This document shows positions 38,780-48,639 of a stretch of DNA of 64,000 bases, one piece after another. Below the pieces are notes generated by a model. That model saw nothing but the letters and a program-made list of their open reading frames with translations. It was not told the origin of the DNA and did no database searches. Position 1 is the stretch's first letter. Every line of letters begins with the position of its first letter. This stretch comes from Chloroflexota bacterium (lineage in GTDB: Bacteria; Chloroflexota; Dehalococcoidia; UBA2979), in assembly GCA_027593235.1 (NCBI GenBank), contig JAQCIU010000018.1:1-64000 (forward strand), read 5' to 3'. The translations under genes and the position numbers were made by a program.

Positions 38780-41075
38780 GCCGCAGCTCCGCTTCCGCGT
38801 TCGCCTCGATGTCCGCCCACTCCACGAAGAGCGGGTGGTACTCGCCGTTGAGCCAGCGATCGATGTTGTCCGCATAGTGCGCTGAGCCGGGCTGGCCGCT
38901 GTTACCCGGCGGAATCACGATCCGCGCGCCATTGAGGTCGCCCATATCGAGCACCTGCCGATAGCTCACGCCGTGCACGCCGGCCCCGCCGACTGGCGTA
39001 CCGGCGTTCCAGATCGTGTTTCGGTCGCCCTGCATCGGCAACGGTTCGAGGTCAAAGATCGGCTTCAGCTCCGGATCGCGACCGAGGTTGTGCGACCACT
39101 CGATCTGGTGTTCTGGCGCCCAGCGCCACGCCTGCGGATCCGCGCCCTGGCGTTCCGTCAGGGCGTCGGCTGCCTCGACCAGCGCCTGCTCCATCGCGGC
39201 ATCCCATGATGGGAACGCGCCCAGCATCACCGGCGACCGGCTCGCGAGCTGCGTGAGCAGGGTGAGGTGGGAGACTGGCCGCTGCGGCGGCAGGCCCGGC
39301 ACCTGCTGGTAGTACGCCTCGATCGTGATCGCGGCGAGGCGGTTGCGCGCCTCGTTCGCCGCGGCGGCGCCGGCGCTGTCCGCCGTCATCCGGCTGTCCC
39401 AGCCGCGGAGCAGCGCCTGCATCGCGCGGGCACGGTCGTCGCTCGCCTCGAAACTCACGAGGTGCGCGACCGCCTCACGATGCGCGATGCTCACGAGGTC
39501 CTGCTGCAACCGCGGCATGTCGTCCAGCGAGAACGTTTCGACGTCGTCCATCAACTCACGCAGGCGATCGGCGCGGAAACGGGAGGCGACCGCGGAAAGG
39601 AAGTGCGGGTAGTCCGGCGTGGTCGTCTTGTTGTTCGCCGTCACGAAGAAGCCGTTCGCCGGGTTCTCGTCGGTCGGCAGTTCGTCCTTCGGAACGTCGC
39701 CATCCCACTCGTGATCGCCATCCCAGCCCGGGACGGGCACCAGCCATGCCGGTCGCTTCGGAATCCGCCCGGCGTACTGGTACCCGATCGTCCCCGCCTG
39801 ATCCGCGAAACAGTAGTTGCCGCTGATCGAGTCGTAGAGACGGATCCCCTCGCGCAGCTCGCTCGCATCCGTCGCGGTGATCACGCCCCACAGCGCGTCC
39901 ATGTCGTGCGCCGGCTCGGCGAGGCCGTAACGCGTCGAGACGACCTCGTCGTCCGACTCCGGGTTGCCGGCGATCACCGGACCGTGCCGCGTGTCCCACA
40001 TCGTCATCTCGACGCTGTCGCCGTTGCGCACCGCGAATCGCTCGTCCCGGCGGGTCAGCGGCTCCGCGACGCCTCGAAACTCCGCCCGCGGCTGCGAGGG
40101 CGTCGAAGCGCCGTTCGTCGCGCGGGTGATGCGCTCGCGGTAGAGGTCCCAGCGGTCGCCCTGGGCGTGGGTCATCGTCCAGGCGATCTTCGTGTTGTGC
40201 CCGTAGTACACCGGGCCGGGATAGCCGGGCGAGCAGGGGCCGGCGACCGTGAATTCGGGGCACTGCATCGTCATCACGTACCACTGCCCCGGCACGCTGA
40301 TCGCGAGGTGGGGGTCGCCGCAGACGATCGGACGGCCGGTCGCCGACTTCGTTCCATCGATCACCCAGCAGTTGGATCCGCCGCCCGCCGCCACGATGCC
40401 GTCCGGCTCGCCGCCGGCGGATTCGGTGTCGTCGTGGAACGGGTGTGAGTCCTCGGTCCAACGCGCCCCCGAGGGCGTGATCAACGCCGAGCCCTCGGGG
40501 ATGTCGGTGACGAGGGCGGCCACCGCCTCCGGCCCCAGCGTCGCGGCGATCTTCGCGTAGCTGAGCTTCGTCGCCCAGGTCGCGCCGGCCGCAACCATCT
40601 TCAGGATCGCCAGCGAATCTATGGGATGCCACGGCTGCATCTCGTGCGGTGCCTCCGCGTCGTCGAGCACGTGGAACTCATAGGGCGTGGGGTTCGAGGT
40701 GATCGCCGCGTTTACTCCATCGGCGTAGGCCTGGAGGATCATCCGCGCGCGATCGGTTTGCGCGTCCCACTCGCGCGCCGCGTCCGCGCCGAACCGGAGC
40801 CGTCGGTTCTGCTGGTCGCGCCGAAGCAGCCCCTTGCCGAGCAGTTCCGCACCGCGCCCATGTGCGAGGTGGCGGTACAGCTCGAGTTGCCACAACCGGT
40901 CCTGCCCGAGGCAGTACCCCTGCGCGAAGAATGCGTCGCGTGCCGAGCTCGCCTCCGCATGGGCGATGCCCCAGCGATCGCGCACGATCCGAACCGGGCC
41001 ATCGAGGCCGCTGACCGACAGGTCGCCCTCGTGCTGCGCGAGGCAATCCTCGGGGCGTACGGCGGTCATCGTCAT
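38769..41075 (-). CDS. Penicillin acylase (Ntn-hydrolase) family protein
   Basis: RDRWGIAH, QDRLWQLE, GSNCWV cleavage site, DPHL, PGNSG. Confidence 0.93.
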   Translation of the reverse strand: MTMTAVRPEDCLAQHEGDLSVSGLDGPVRIVRDRWGIAHAEASSARDAFFAQGYCLGQDRLWQLELYRHLAHGRGAELLGKGLLRRDQQNRRLRFGADAAREWDAQTDRARMILQAYADGVNAAITSNPTPYEFHVLDDAEAPHEMQPWHPIDSLAILKMVAAGATWATKLSYAKIAATLGPEAVAALVTDIPEGSALITPSGARWTEDSHPFHDDTESAGGEPDGIVAAGGGSNCWVIDGTKSATGRPIVCGDPHLAISVPGQWYVMTMQCPEFTVAGPCSPGYPGPVYYGHNTKIAWTMTHAQGDRWDLYRERITRATNGASTPSQPRAEFRGVAEPLTRRDERFAVRNGDSVEMTMWDTRHGPVIAGNPESDDEVVSTRYGLAEPAHDMDALWGVITATDASELREGIRLYDSISGNYCFADQAGTIGYQYAGRIPKRPAWLVPVPGWDGDHEWDGDVPKDELPTDENPANGFFVTANNKTTTPDYPHFLSAVASRFRADRLRELMDDVETFSLDDMPRLQQDLVSIAHREAVAHLVSFEASDDRARAMQALLRGWDSRMTADSAGAAAANEARNRLAAITIEAYYQQVPGLPPQRPVSHLTLLTQLASRSPVMLGAFPSWDAAMEQALVEAADALTERQGADPQAWRWAPEHQIEWSHNLGRDPELKPIFDLEPLPMQGDRNTIWNAGTPVGGAGVHGVSYRQVLDMGDLNGARIVIPPGNSGQPGSAHYADNIDRWLNGEYHPLFVEWADIEANAEAELRLTS

Positions 41076-41156
41076 CGTGGGCCTCCTCGGGCGGGTTGCG
41101 GGCGCATAGTAGCGCGCAGTGCCGCGCGCTCCCCCGTCCGAGGTAGCCGGCAGGCG

Positions 41157-41621
41157 CTACTCCGCGGCGGACTCGCCCTTCAGCTCGGCCAACTCCGCCT
41201 CCAGATCGCGCAGCCGGCGCCGCGTTTCGCGATCGCGGTCCCAGCGTTCGCTGATGTCGCGCGCGGTCGCGAGGGCGCCAACCGCCTCGCCCTCCTCGTC
41301 GACGACGATCGCGAACCCGAGTTCGATCGTGATCGGGCTACCGTCCGCGCGTTCCGCCCGGGTCGGGACCGATTGACCGACATATTTCGTCTCACCGGCG
41401 GCTAACGCACGGTCCCAACCTGACCAATGAGCCTCGCGATACTGGTCCGGAACTATCAGATTGAGGCTTTGGCCGATCGCATGGGCCTGCGCATGGCCGA
41501 AAATGCGTACTGCCGCGGCATTCCAGGTGCGGATAATTCCTTCGCGATCTGCGAAGATCATCGCATCTGGACCCTGCGCGATGAGCTCATCTGGCGTGAT
41601 CGGGCTGTGTTCTGTTGTCAT
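41157..41621 (-). CDS. Stand-alone PAS-domain protein with coiled-coil tail
   Basis: DAMIFADREGIIRTWNAAA..IFG, RDISER. Confidence 0.9.
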   Translation of the reverse strand: MTTEHSPITPDELIAQGPDAMIFADREGIIRTWNAAAVRIFGHAQAHAIGQSLNLIVPDQYREAHWSGWDRALAAGETKYVGQSVPTRAERADGSPITIELGFAIVVDEEGEAVGALATARDISERWDRDRETRRRLRDLEAELAELKGESAAE

Positions 41622-41717
41622 GACTGAATCATAAGGCGCACACCGTCTGACACGGTCGAGCAGCGACGCTCAACCGGCCACCGAAAGATTCCCGCGATTC
41701 GATTGGTTGATGGAGCG

Positions 41718-42236
41718 ATGAGTCGTCGATCGGCCGCACCACAATGGATGGAAGAACTCACGACCGCCGTCTGGACGGCCGAAGGGCTGGTCGCTGCCAC
41801 GCGCCCGGTACTGCTCGTCGGGCCGCCCGTTCGCCGTACCCGCGGCTACATCAATTACGCGCAGATCCCCTACCGGATCGTCGTGCGCCGTGACGGCGAA
41901 CGCACGCTGATGCGCAGCACCCTGCTTCACGAACTGGCGCACGCCGTCCACCGGTTGCACTCCACGGACAAGCGGAGCTGCCGTTGTGGCACCCGCTGTA
42001 TCTGGGACGGGCACGGCGCCCAGTTCAAGACGCACCTCGCACGCCTCGAACACCACTTCTCCCCCGGCACCCATTCGCGCTGGGGGATTGCCGGCTGCCG
42101 AGGGCTGACGCGGGTACCGGCCGGAACACCGTGGCACGCCGACATCCCCTGCCTATCGCCGCCCGCGCTCGTCGGCGGCGGCGCCTCCGCCTCACCCGGC
42201 CGGCGGAACCGCGCCGCGAGCCCACGCCAGCGGTAG
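41718..42236 (+). CDS. SprT-like zinc metalloprotease
   Basis: STLLHELAH ... HGAQFK. Confidence 0.65.
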   Translation: MSRRSAAPQWMEELTTAVWTAEGLVAATRPVLLVGPPVRRTRGYINYAQIPYRIVVRRDGERTLMRSTLLHELAHAVHRLHSTDKRSCRCGTRCIWDGHGAQFKTHLARLEHHFSPGTHSRWGIAGCRGLTRVPAGTPWHADIPCLSPPALVGGGASASPGRRNRAASPRQR

Positions 42237-42342
42237 CTCCGCCGCCGTCTCCGCGTGCAGTCTCGAGGTCGTGTGTTGTGGCGTGCCTGCGGAGCCGGTC
42301 GGCGGGACGTGCGCTGCGTCCCGGCGGCTACGCTGCGCCTGA

Positions 42343-42432
<90 letters not shown>

Positions 42433-42485
42433 ACCTGCGATTCTACGAGGTGCGCCCGTCGGCGGCTCGCCACGCGCCCCCTGCG

Positions 42486-43040
42486 CTACTCCGAGGGCGT
42501 CAGGAACAGCGCCTGGCCGCGGCTGATCGCGTCCTGTACCGCGTCCGCCGACTCGCGTGCGTTAGCGTGCGCGCTGGTATCGAGGACCGCGCCAGGGATC
42601 GAGCCGGCCGCGATCTCGGTGCTGAGTTGAGCGCGGAGCGCAGCCGCTCGCTCCTCCATCGCGCCGTCGCGATCCGCGTTGCCGCTGCGCGTGACCTCAA
42701 GGCTCGGAAGCAGCGTCACCAGCTCGACCGCCACTGGCGTGCCCGCAAGCGCGTCGCGGTACCACGTGACGGCCTCGGCGGTCACCACATCGGCGATCAC
42801 GACGGAGTAGCGTGCCGCGACGCTGACCAGCGCAATCGCGGCCGCGTTGCCGGCGCCGAGTGCGAGCTGTTCGCGGGCCTGCTGGTCGCCAACCCACGGA
42901 TGTCGATATCCCGCTCGCACCATGTGGCGCAGGTCATCGACCTCCACCAGCAGCATGCGATCGAACCGTTCGCAGAGCGCGGCGCCGACTGAACTCTTGC
43001 CCGCGCCCGGCGGTCCGGACACCACGATGATTTGATTCAC
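42486..43040 (-). CDS. P-loop kinase / AAA_33-like protein
   Basis: SGPPGAGKS. Confidence 0.85.
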   Translation of the reverse strand: MNQIIVVSGPPGAGKSSVGAALCERFDRMLLVEVDDLRHMVRAGYRHPWVGDQQAREQLALGAGNAAAIALVSVAARYSVVIADVVTAEAVTWYRDALAGTPVAVELVTLLPSLEVTRSGNADRDGAMEERAAALRAQLSTEIAAGSIPGAVLDTSAHANARESADAVQDAISRGQALFLTPSE

Positions 43041-43195
43041 GGTCTCGTCGCTCTCACGCTCTCTCGCCTTTCACGGTTCGGGCGCCCTGTCGCGCGGTTC
43101 TGACGGTTTCGGATCGGCGGCGGGTAGACACAACCTACCGGTGGCGAAGCGACCCCCACACGGTAATACTCAAATGACGGGGAAGTGGTGGGGGC

Positions 43196-44056
43196 GTGAA
43201 CACCGAATCGGCTGAGGGTGAGCAAACGGCGCCGCAGCAGCCGCTGCTCGGTCCGCACGGGCTGGTGCTCGATCCCCGAACTCGGCGCGGCTTCATTCTC
43301 GAGCGCGAACTCGACCTCACCCGGCAGGGATTCGATTTCCTGGCGTACCTGTTGCGCCATCGCGGGCGCGTGGTCCCGACCGACGAGCTGATCCGCGAGG
43401 TGTGGGGCCACAGCGTCGTCGTCGACCGACACTTTGTTCAGACCGCCGTCTATCGGGTGCGCGGCACCCTGCGAGCAGCCGGCGTCGAAGATATCATCGA
43501 GGTCACGCGTGGCGTCGGCTACGGCGTCGCCGCCGAGGATCCCCAGTCGATGCCGCCCGGGTCGGTCGGGCGAAACGCGATCGAAGCCGCGTTGCGGGCC
43601 TCCGTGCTCCCCTCGGTGATCGTCGGCGCCCAACGTCGAATCCTCTTCGCCAATGACGCGATGGCCCGTTTCACCGGCTACTCCGTGGACGAACTCGAGG
43701 CGCTGCCAACCACCGAGGCGTTGTCCCCGCCGGGACTCCGCGATCGCCGCCGCCAGGATCTCCGCGCGGTGACCGCCGGCGTCGCCGTCGTGAGCTGGGG
43801 CGAGCCGCTGGTTCGTCGCGACGGAACCGTCGTGTACGCGGAGATGTTCGTCGAGCCGATCGAGGTTATGGGTGGCGTCACCACGGTCCTCGTCCAGTTC
43901 TGGTCGCGGCGGGGGGAGTCGTCGCCGCTCGAACAGCTCGGCGAACTCGGCCCGAGCAGCACCCCATCCCGCCCATCTCCAGGCTCGCCAGGGCGGGAGC
44001 CGCGGAAGCCCGCCGGCGAGGGCGATGACGACGAGGCGGTTGCCCACTCCCACTAA
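43196..44056 (+). CDS. Winged-helix (OmpR-type) + PAS transcriptional regulator
   Basis: LTRQGFDFL...EVWG...VTRGVGY followed by ILFANDAMARFTGYSVDEL...RRDG. Confidence 0.8.
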   Translation: MNTESAEGEQTAPQQPLLGPHGLVLDPRTRRGFILERELDLTRQGFDFLAYLLRHRGRVVPTDELIREVWGHSVVVDRHFVQTAVYRVRGTLRAAGVEDIIEVTRGVGYGVAAEDPQSMPPGSVGRNAIEAALRASVLPSVIVGAQRRILFANDAMARFTGYSVDELEALPTTEALSPPGLRDRRRQDLRAVTAGVAVVSWGEPLVRRDGTVVYAEMFVEPIEVMGGVTTVLVQFWSRRGESSPLEQLGELGPSSTPSRPSPGSPGREPRKPAGEGDDDEAVAHSH

Positions 44057-44922
44057 CCCGGTCGCACGTCCAGCGAGATGTCCAGCGCCGGCGCCGAGTG
44101 CGTCAGCGCACCGACCGAGACGAGCTGAACCCCCGTCGCCGCGATCGCCCGGATCGTTTCGAGGTTCACCCCGCCGCTCGCCTCGAAGATGACGGACGGC
44201 GACCCCTCGACGATCGGTCGCATCGTCTCCGGATCCATGTTGTCCAGCAGCACCACGTCCGCGCCGGCGGCGATCGCCTCCGCGGCCTGTTCGGGCGTGT
44301 CGACCTCTACCTCGATGCGAAGCGTGTGCGCGGCGCCATCGCGGGCCGCGCTGACCACCGAGGCCAGGCTCACGCCGCGTGCGGCGGCGGCGGCCAGGTG
44401 GTTGTCCTTGACCAGCACCCCGTCTTGCAGATTGTCGCGGTGGTTGTGCGCCCCGCCGCAACGAACCGCGTAGCGTTCGAGGGCGCGCAGCCCCGGGGTC
44501 GTCTTCCGCGTGTCGACGACGCGTGTGCCGCCACCGCGCGCGGCTTCCTCCACGTAACGACGGGTCATCGAGGCGATGCCTGACATCCGCTGTGCGAAGT
44601 TCAGCGCGACGCGCTCTGCCGACAACATCGCCGCCAGTGGCCCATCGATCGTCGCCACCACCGTGCCGGCCTCGACGTAGCTCCCGTCCTCGTACGCAGC
44701 GCCGAAGCGCAGGTTCGGGGAGAGCTGTTGAAACGCCTCGCGCGCGACGGCGAGCCCGCACACCACGCCCGACTCCTTGAACAAGAACTCGCCGTGCCCC
44801 TGCTGCTCCAGCGGGACGGTCGTGCGCGTCGTTACATCGAAGGCGGCGCGGTCCTCGAGGAGGGCGGCCGCCACCACGGCGCGGATCGTCTCGTAATCGG
44901 GATGTCCGGGGTCGCTCGTCAT
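44053..44922 (-). CDS. nadC: Nicotinate-nucleotide pyrophosphorylase (quinolinate phosphoribosyltransferase)
   Basis: DTRKTTPGLR, VKDNH, IEVEV, LLDNM, EASGG, GALTHS. Confidence 0.97.
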   Translation of the reverse strand: MTSDPGHPDYETIRAVVAAALLEDRAAFDVTTRTTVPLEQQGHGEFLFKESGVVCGLAVAREAFQQLSPNLRFGAAYEDGSYVEAGTVVATIDGPLAAMLSAERVALNFAQRMSGIASMTRRYVEEAARGGGTRVVDTRKTTPGLRALERYAVRCGGAHNHRDNLQDGVLVKDNHLAAAAARGVSLASVVSAARDGAAHTLRIEVEVDTPEQAAEAIAAGADVVLLDNMDPETMRPIVEGSPSVIFEASGGVNLETIRAIAATGVQLVSVGALTHSAPALDISLDVRPG

Positions 44923-46502
44923 GCCGGCAGCTCCTGGCGAAAGACCGTGGCGTCAGCCTGTCGAAAGAACAGGTGGCGTCGCCACTCGTCGCGCGTTTCG
45001 GGGAAATCGGTGCGGTAGTGCGCGCCGCGCGACTCCTCGCGGGCGAGCGCCGCGCTTGCGGCGAGCCGCCCGCAGGTCAGGATCGCACGCAGCTCGTAGC
45101 CCGCGCGGTCGGTCGGCTCGGCGATCGCCGCCGCCCAGCCGTTGAGCCGCTCGAGGGCGCTCGCGAGTTGAGCGCCGTTGCGCTCGATGCCTACGTCGGT
45201 CCACAGCAGCTCCTGCACCTCCTCGAGCGTCGGCGGAGCCCCGTTGTGCGTCACCTCGAGGTGGCGCACAACGGCGGTGAGCGCTGGCGGTGGCGGTGTG
45301 GGTTGCGGCGGATCGAAGAGCCGCTGGACCATCCGGTTCGCGAAGATCACCGTTTCGAGGAGTGAGTTGCTCGCGAGGCGGTTCGCGCCGTGCACGCCGG
45401 TGCAGGCCACCTCGCCGACCGCGAACAGCCCCGGCAGCGTCGTTTCACCCCACGTGTTCGTCCGCACGCCGCCCATCGTGTAGTGCGCGGCCGGCGAGAC
45501 CGGGATCCGGTCCTTTGCCATGTTGAGACCGAGGTCCAGACACGTCTGGTAGATCGTCGGGAAGCGCGCGGCCAGCCACGCGCCGTCGTGATCCGTGATG
45601 TCCAGTAGCACATGGTCCGAGCCGGTCTCGCGCATCTCGCGATGCGTCGCGCGCGCGACGACGTCCCGCGGCGCCAGCTCGTTGCCCTGGTGGTACTTCG
45701 GCATGAAACGCTCGCCGCGCGTGTTGAAGAGCTGCGCACCCTCGCCCCGCACCGCCTCGGAGATCAGGAACACCGGCGCACCCTCCAGGTGGAGCGCCGT
45801 CGGGTGGAACTGGCTGAACTCCATGTCCATCACCTCGGCCCCGGAGTCGTATGCCAGCGCGACCCCGTCGCCGGTGGAGACCACCGGGTTCGTCGTCGCG
45901 CGGTACATCTGCCCGGCGCCGCCGGTCGCGAGCACGATCCGGTCGGCGGCGTAGCTGCGGTGCTCACCCGTCGCCGTGTCCAGAACCTCCAGGCCGGCGG
46001 CCCGACCGTCCTCGACGATCACGCGGTCGGCAAGCGTGTGTTCGAGGATCGTTACGCCTTCCTGCTGAGCGAGCGTCGACAGCGACAGCTCGATCTCGAG
46101 CCCGGTCTGGTCCCCCCGCGCGTGCAGGATCCGCGGCGCCGAGTGCGCCGCCTCGGTCGTCAGCGCCACCTCGCCGCCCGTCGCGTCGAACTGCACCCCG
46201 TACCGCACGAGGTCCGCGATCCGCTCCGCCGCCCCCTCAACGAGGATCCGCGCCGCCTCCTCGTCCACAAGCCCCGCGCCCGCCTCGATCGTGTCGCGCA
46301 GATGCGCGTCGGGCGTGTCGTTGTGCCCGACGGCGGCGGCAATGCCACCCTGCGCGTACCGGGTACTGGCCTCCTCGATCCCGCCTTTGGTCACCAGCAG
46401 CACCGTGCCGCCGCGCTCATGCGCCTGAATGGCCGCGTAGAGGCCGGCGATGCCGGACCCGACAACGAGCAGGTCATAGCGGCGGCTTGTGGAGCTAGTC
46501 AT
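44919..46502 (-). CDS. nadB: L-aspartate oxidase
   Basis: GSGIAGL, AQGGIAA, QFHPT, HYTMGG, GVHGANRLASNSLLE, ESRGAH. Confidence 0.97.
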   Translation of the reverse strand: MTSSTSRRYDLLVVGSGIAGLYAAIQAHERGGTVLLVTKGGIEEASTRYAQGGIAAAVGHNDTPDAHLRDTIEAGAGLVDEEAARILVEGAAERIADLVRYGVQFDATGGEVALTTEAAHSAPRILHARGDQTGLEIELSLSTLAQQEGVTILEHTLADRVIVEDGRAAGLEVLDTATGEHRSYAADRIVLATGGAGQMYRATTNPVVSTGDGVALAYDSGAEVMDMEFSQFHPTALHLEGAPVFLISEAVRGEGAQLFNTRGERFMPKYHQGNELAPRDVVARATHREMRETGSDHVLLDITDHDGAWLAARFPTIYQTCLDLGLNMAKDRIPVSPAAHYTMGGVRTNTWGETTLPGLFAVGEVACTGVHGANRLASNSLLETVIFANRMVQRLFDPPQPTPPPPALTAVVRHLEVTHNGAPPTLEEVQELLWTDVGIERNGAQLASALERLNGWAAAIAEPTDRAGYELRAILTCGRLAASAALAREESRGAHYRTDFPETRDEWRRHLFFRQADATVFRQELPA

Positions 46503-46947
46503 CACCGTCCTCGATCTCCACATCGACCTCGTACCTACGAATCGCATCGACGATCGCCGGCCAGTCGGCCGGTACCTCCGCACGACCGCTCGAGGCGTTC
46601 ACATACGCATAGCGGTGCGTGAACTCGGCGACCAGACGACCGTCCGAGGCGGCCTCGACGCGGGCCTCGAAGACGAGCCGGCCGGGCCGCGCGTTTGTGC
46701 AGCGCAACCGCACGAGGGCTGCGTCGTCCCAGCGCAGCGGCGCGCGGTAGCGCACCTCGCTGTGGCTCTGCATCCGGAGCACGTCGCGGTGTGATGGGAT
46801 CCCCGTCTCGCGGTCGTAGCCATCGAGGGCGATCTCGGTCAGGGCGAGTAGCACGCCGCCGTGCACAAACGGCGTGCCGCCGAAGCTGTCGGTGTGACGG
46901 AGTGGTAGCCGCGTCTCGAAGCGGAAGGCGCTGCCGTCGTCGCTCAT
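46495..46947 (-). CDS. Hotdog-fold acyl-CoA thioesterase-like protein
   Basis: HTDSFG...VHGG, VRYRAPLRWDD, C-terminal VPADW. Confidence 0.8.
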   Translation of the reverse strand: MSDDGSAFRFETRLPLRHTDSFGGTPFVHGGVLLALTEIALDGYDRETGIPSHRDVLRMQSHSEVRYRAPLRWDDAALVRLRCTNARPGRLVFEARVEAASDGRLVAEFTHRYAYVNASSGRAEVPADWPAIVDAIRRYEVDVEIEDGDD

Positions 46948-46967
46948 CCTCGCGGTCGTGCTTCGCG

Positions 46968-48224
46968 CTACTTGAGGGCGAGCATGCGTTCGAGGGCGAT
47001 CTTGGCGTTCGCCTTGATGTCGGCCGGAACCTCGATCCGGTTCACCACCTCGCCCCGTTCAAGTGACTCCATCACCCACGCGAGGTAGGCGGGGTGGACG
47101 CGGTACATCGTGCTGCAGGGGCAGACGACCGGGTCCAGGCAGAAGACGGTCTTGTCCGGGTTCTCCTTCGCGAGGCGGGAGACGAGGTTGATCTCCGTGC
47201 CGATGCCGATCACCGAGCCGGGCGCGGCCTCGGCGACGTACCTCGCGATGAAGGCGGTCGAGCCGTTCGCGTCCGCGGCCTGGACGACCTCGTAGCGGCA
47301 CTCCGGGTGCACGACGATCTGGACTTCCGGGAAGCTCGCACGCGCCTGTTCGATCTGCGTCAGCGAAAAGCGCTGGTGCACTGAGCAGTGACCCTGCCAG
47401 AGGATGATGCGGGAGCCCTTGAGCTGCTCATCGTCGAGGCCACCGAGGTTCCCGGCCGGCTGCCGCCAGTCCCAGAGCACCATCTCCTCAAGCGGGATGT
47501 CCATCGCGTGGCCGGTGTTACGGCCCAGGTGCTGGTCCGGGAAGAAGAAGACGCGCTTCCCCTGCTCGAAGGCCCATTCGAGGACCTTCACGGCGTTCGA
47601 GGACGTGCAGACCACGCCGCCGTGCTCGCCGCAGAACGCCTTCAGCGAGGCGGCCGAGTTCATGTAAGTGACGGGGATGATGTCCTCGGTCGTCCCGAAG
47701 AAGTCCTCCAGTTCGCGCCACGCGGAGTAGACGTCCGGCGCGGCGGCCATGTCCGCCATCGAGCAGCCGGCCTCCATGTTCGGGAGGATCACCTGCTGGT
47801 GTGACCCGGCCAGGATGTCCGCCGCCTCGGCCATGAAGTGCACGCCGCAGAAGACGATGTACGGCGACTCCTGCCGCTCGGCCGCGTACTGCGCGAGGGC
47901 GAACGAGTCTCCGCGCTCGTCGGCGAACTGAACGATGTCCTCGCGCTGGTAGTGGTGACCGAGGACGACAACCTTGTCGCCGAGCCGCGCCCGCGAGGCG
48001 CGCACCCGCCGCACTAGCTCGTCGGCCTCCAGGTTCCAGTACTCCTCGGGAATCTCCGGCTGCCAGGAGCCGAACGACACCTCCTCGGAGAGTGGGATCG
48101 TTGCGATTCCGGTGTCGGTCTCGCACTGAAGCTGCGGCGTGGTGAACTCCGCGAGGATCTTGTCGACCTCGATGTAAGGGTTCGCGCGCTGCTTGGCAGT
48201 CGTAGCTGTGGTGTCAGTGGTCAT
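46968..48224 (-). CDS. nadA: Quinolinate synthase
   Basis: LGHHYQR, FCGVHFMAE, AGCSMA, CTSSNA, VHPEC, CSTM. Confidence 0.97.
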   Translation of the reverse strand: MTTDTTATTAKQRANPYIEVDKILAEFTTPQLQCETDTGIATIPLSEEVSFGSWQPEIPEEYWNLEADELVRRVRASRARLGDKVVVLGHHYQREDIVQFADERGDSFALAQYAAERQESPYIVFCGVHFMAEAADILAGSHQQVILPNMEAGCSMADMAAAPDVYSAWRELEDFFGTTEDIIPVTYMNSAASLKAFCGEHGGVVCTSSNAVKVLEWAFEQGKRVFFFPDQHLGRNTGHAMDIPLEEMVLWDWRQPAGNLGGLDDEQLKGSRIILWQGHCSVHQRFSLTQIEQARASFPEVQIVVHPECRYEVVQAADANGSTAFIARYVAEAAPGSVIGIGTEINLVSRLAKENPDKTVFCLDPVVCPCSTMYRVHPAYLAWVMESLERGEVVNRIEVPADIKANAKIALERMLALK

Positions 48225-48290
48225 CTGGCGTCCGATCCGTCGGAGCGGGGCCGCTCGCGCCTGGAAGGTCGGCGGCGAGGGCGGGTTCGA

Positions 48291-48340
48291 CACTTTGTGT
48301 ATTTCGTACGCAAAGTGACTTCGTGTGCACTTTACGCTTA
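48291..48340. promoter_or_regulatory. Tandem NrtR-type operators upstream of nadA
   Basis: cactttgtGTatttcgtACgcaaagtg (10/11 arms) and ttcgtGTgcactttACgctta, both GT-N7-AC; nrtR lies 2.3 kb away. Confidence 0.75.
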
Positions 48341-48358
48341 GTCGCGCCGAGGTGTCAA
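48329..48358 (-). promoter_or_regulatory. Sigma-70 promoter of the nad operon
   Basis: TTGACA-N18-TAAAGT on the minus strand; the -10 lies inside the second operator. Confidence 0.65.
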
Positions 48359-48432
48359 TCGGTGTTTTCCGACTGTCCCCGTAGGGACCGTTCCGGGCTG
48401 TCGATCAGCCGCGAGCGTTCGACGATCGAGCT

Positions 48433-48639
48433 ATGGACGGCCCTCAGCCTCGTTCGATGACGGCAAGCGAGCGACTCCTGCTCGGATTGTTCGTCGTGCT
48501 GCTGATCGGCGTCGCGATCACCTGGCAGCTCACGAAGATCCTCGGCTTCGAACTCTGGATGCTCGCGGCGGGGCCGGCCGCTGGCGCCGTGCTCGTCCCC
48601 TCGGTCTGGTACCAGACCCGCCCGAACTCAGGCCGCTAG
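48433..48639 (+). CDS. Small two-TM membrane protein
   Basis: Two hydrophobic helices; fills the intergenic gap. Confidence 0.55.
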   Translation: MDGPQPRSMTASERLLLGLFVVLLIGVAITWQLTKILGFELWMLAAGPAAGAVLVPSVWYQTRPNSGR

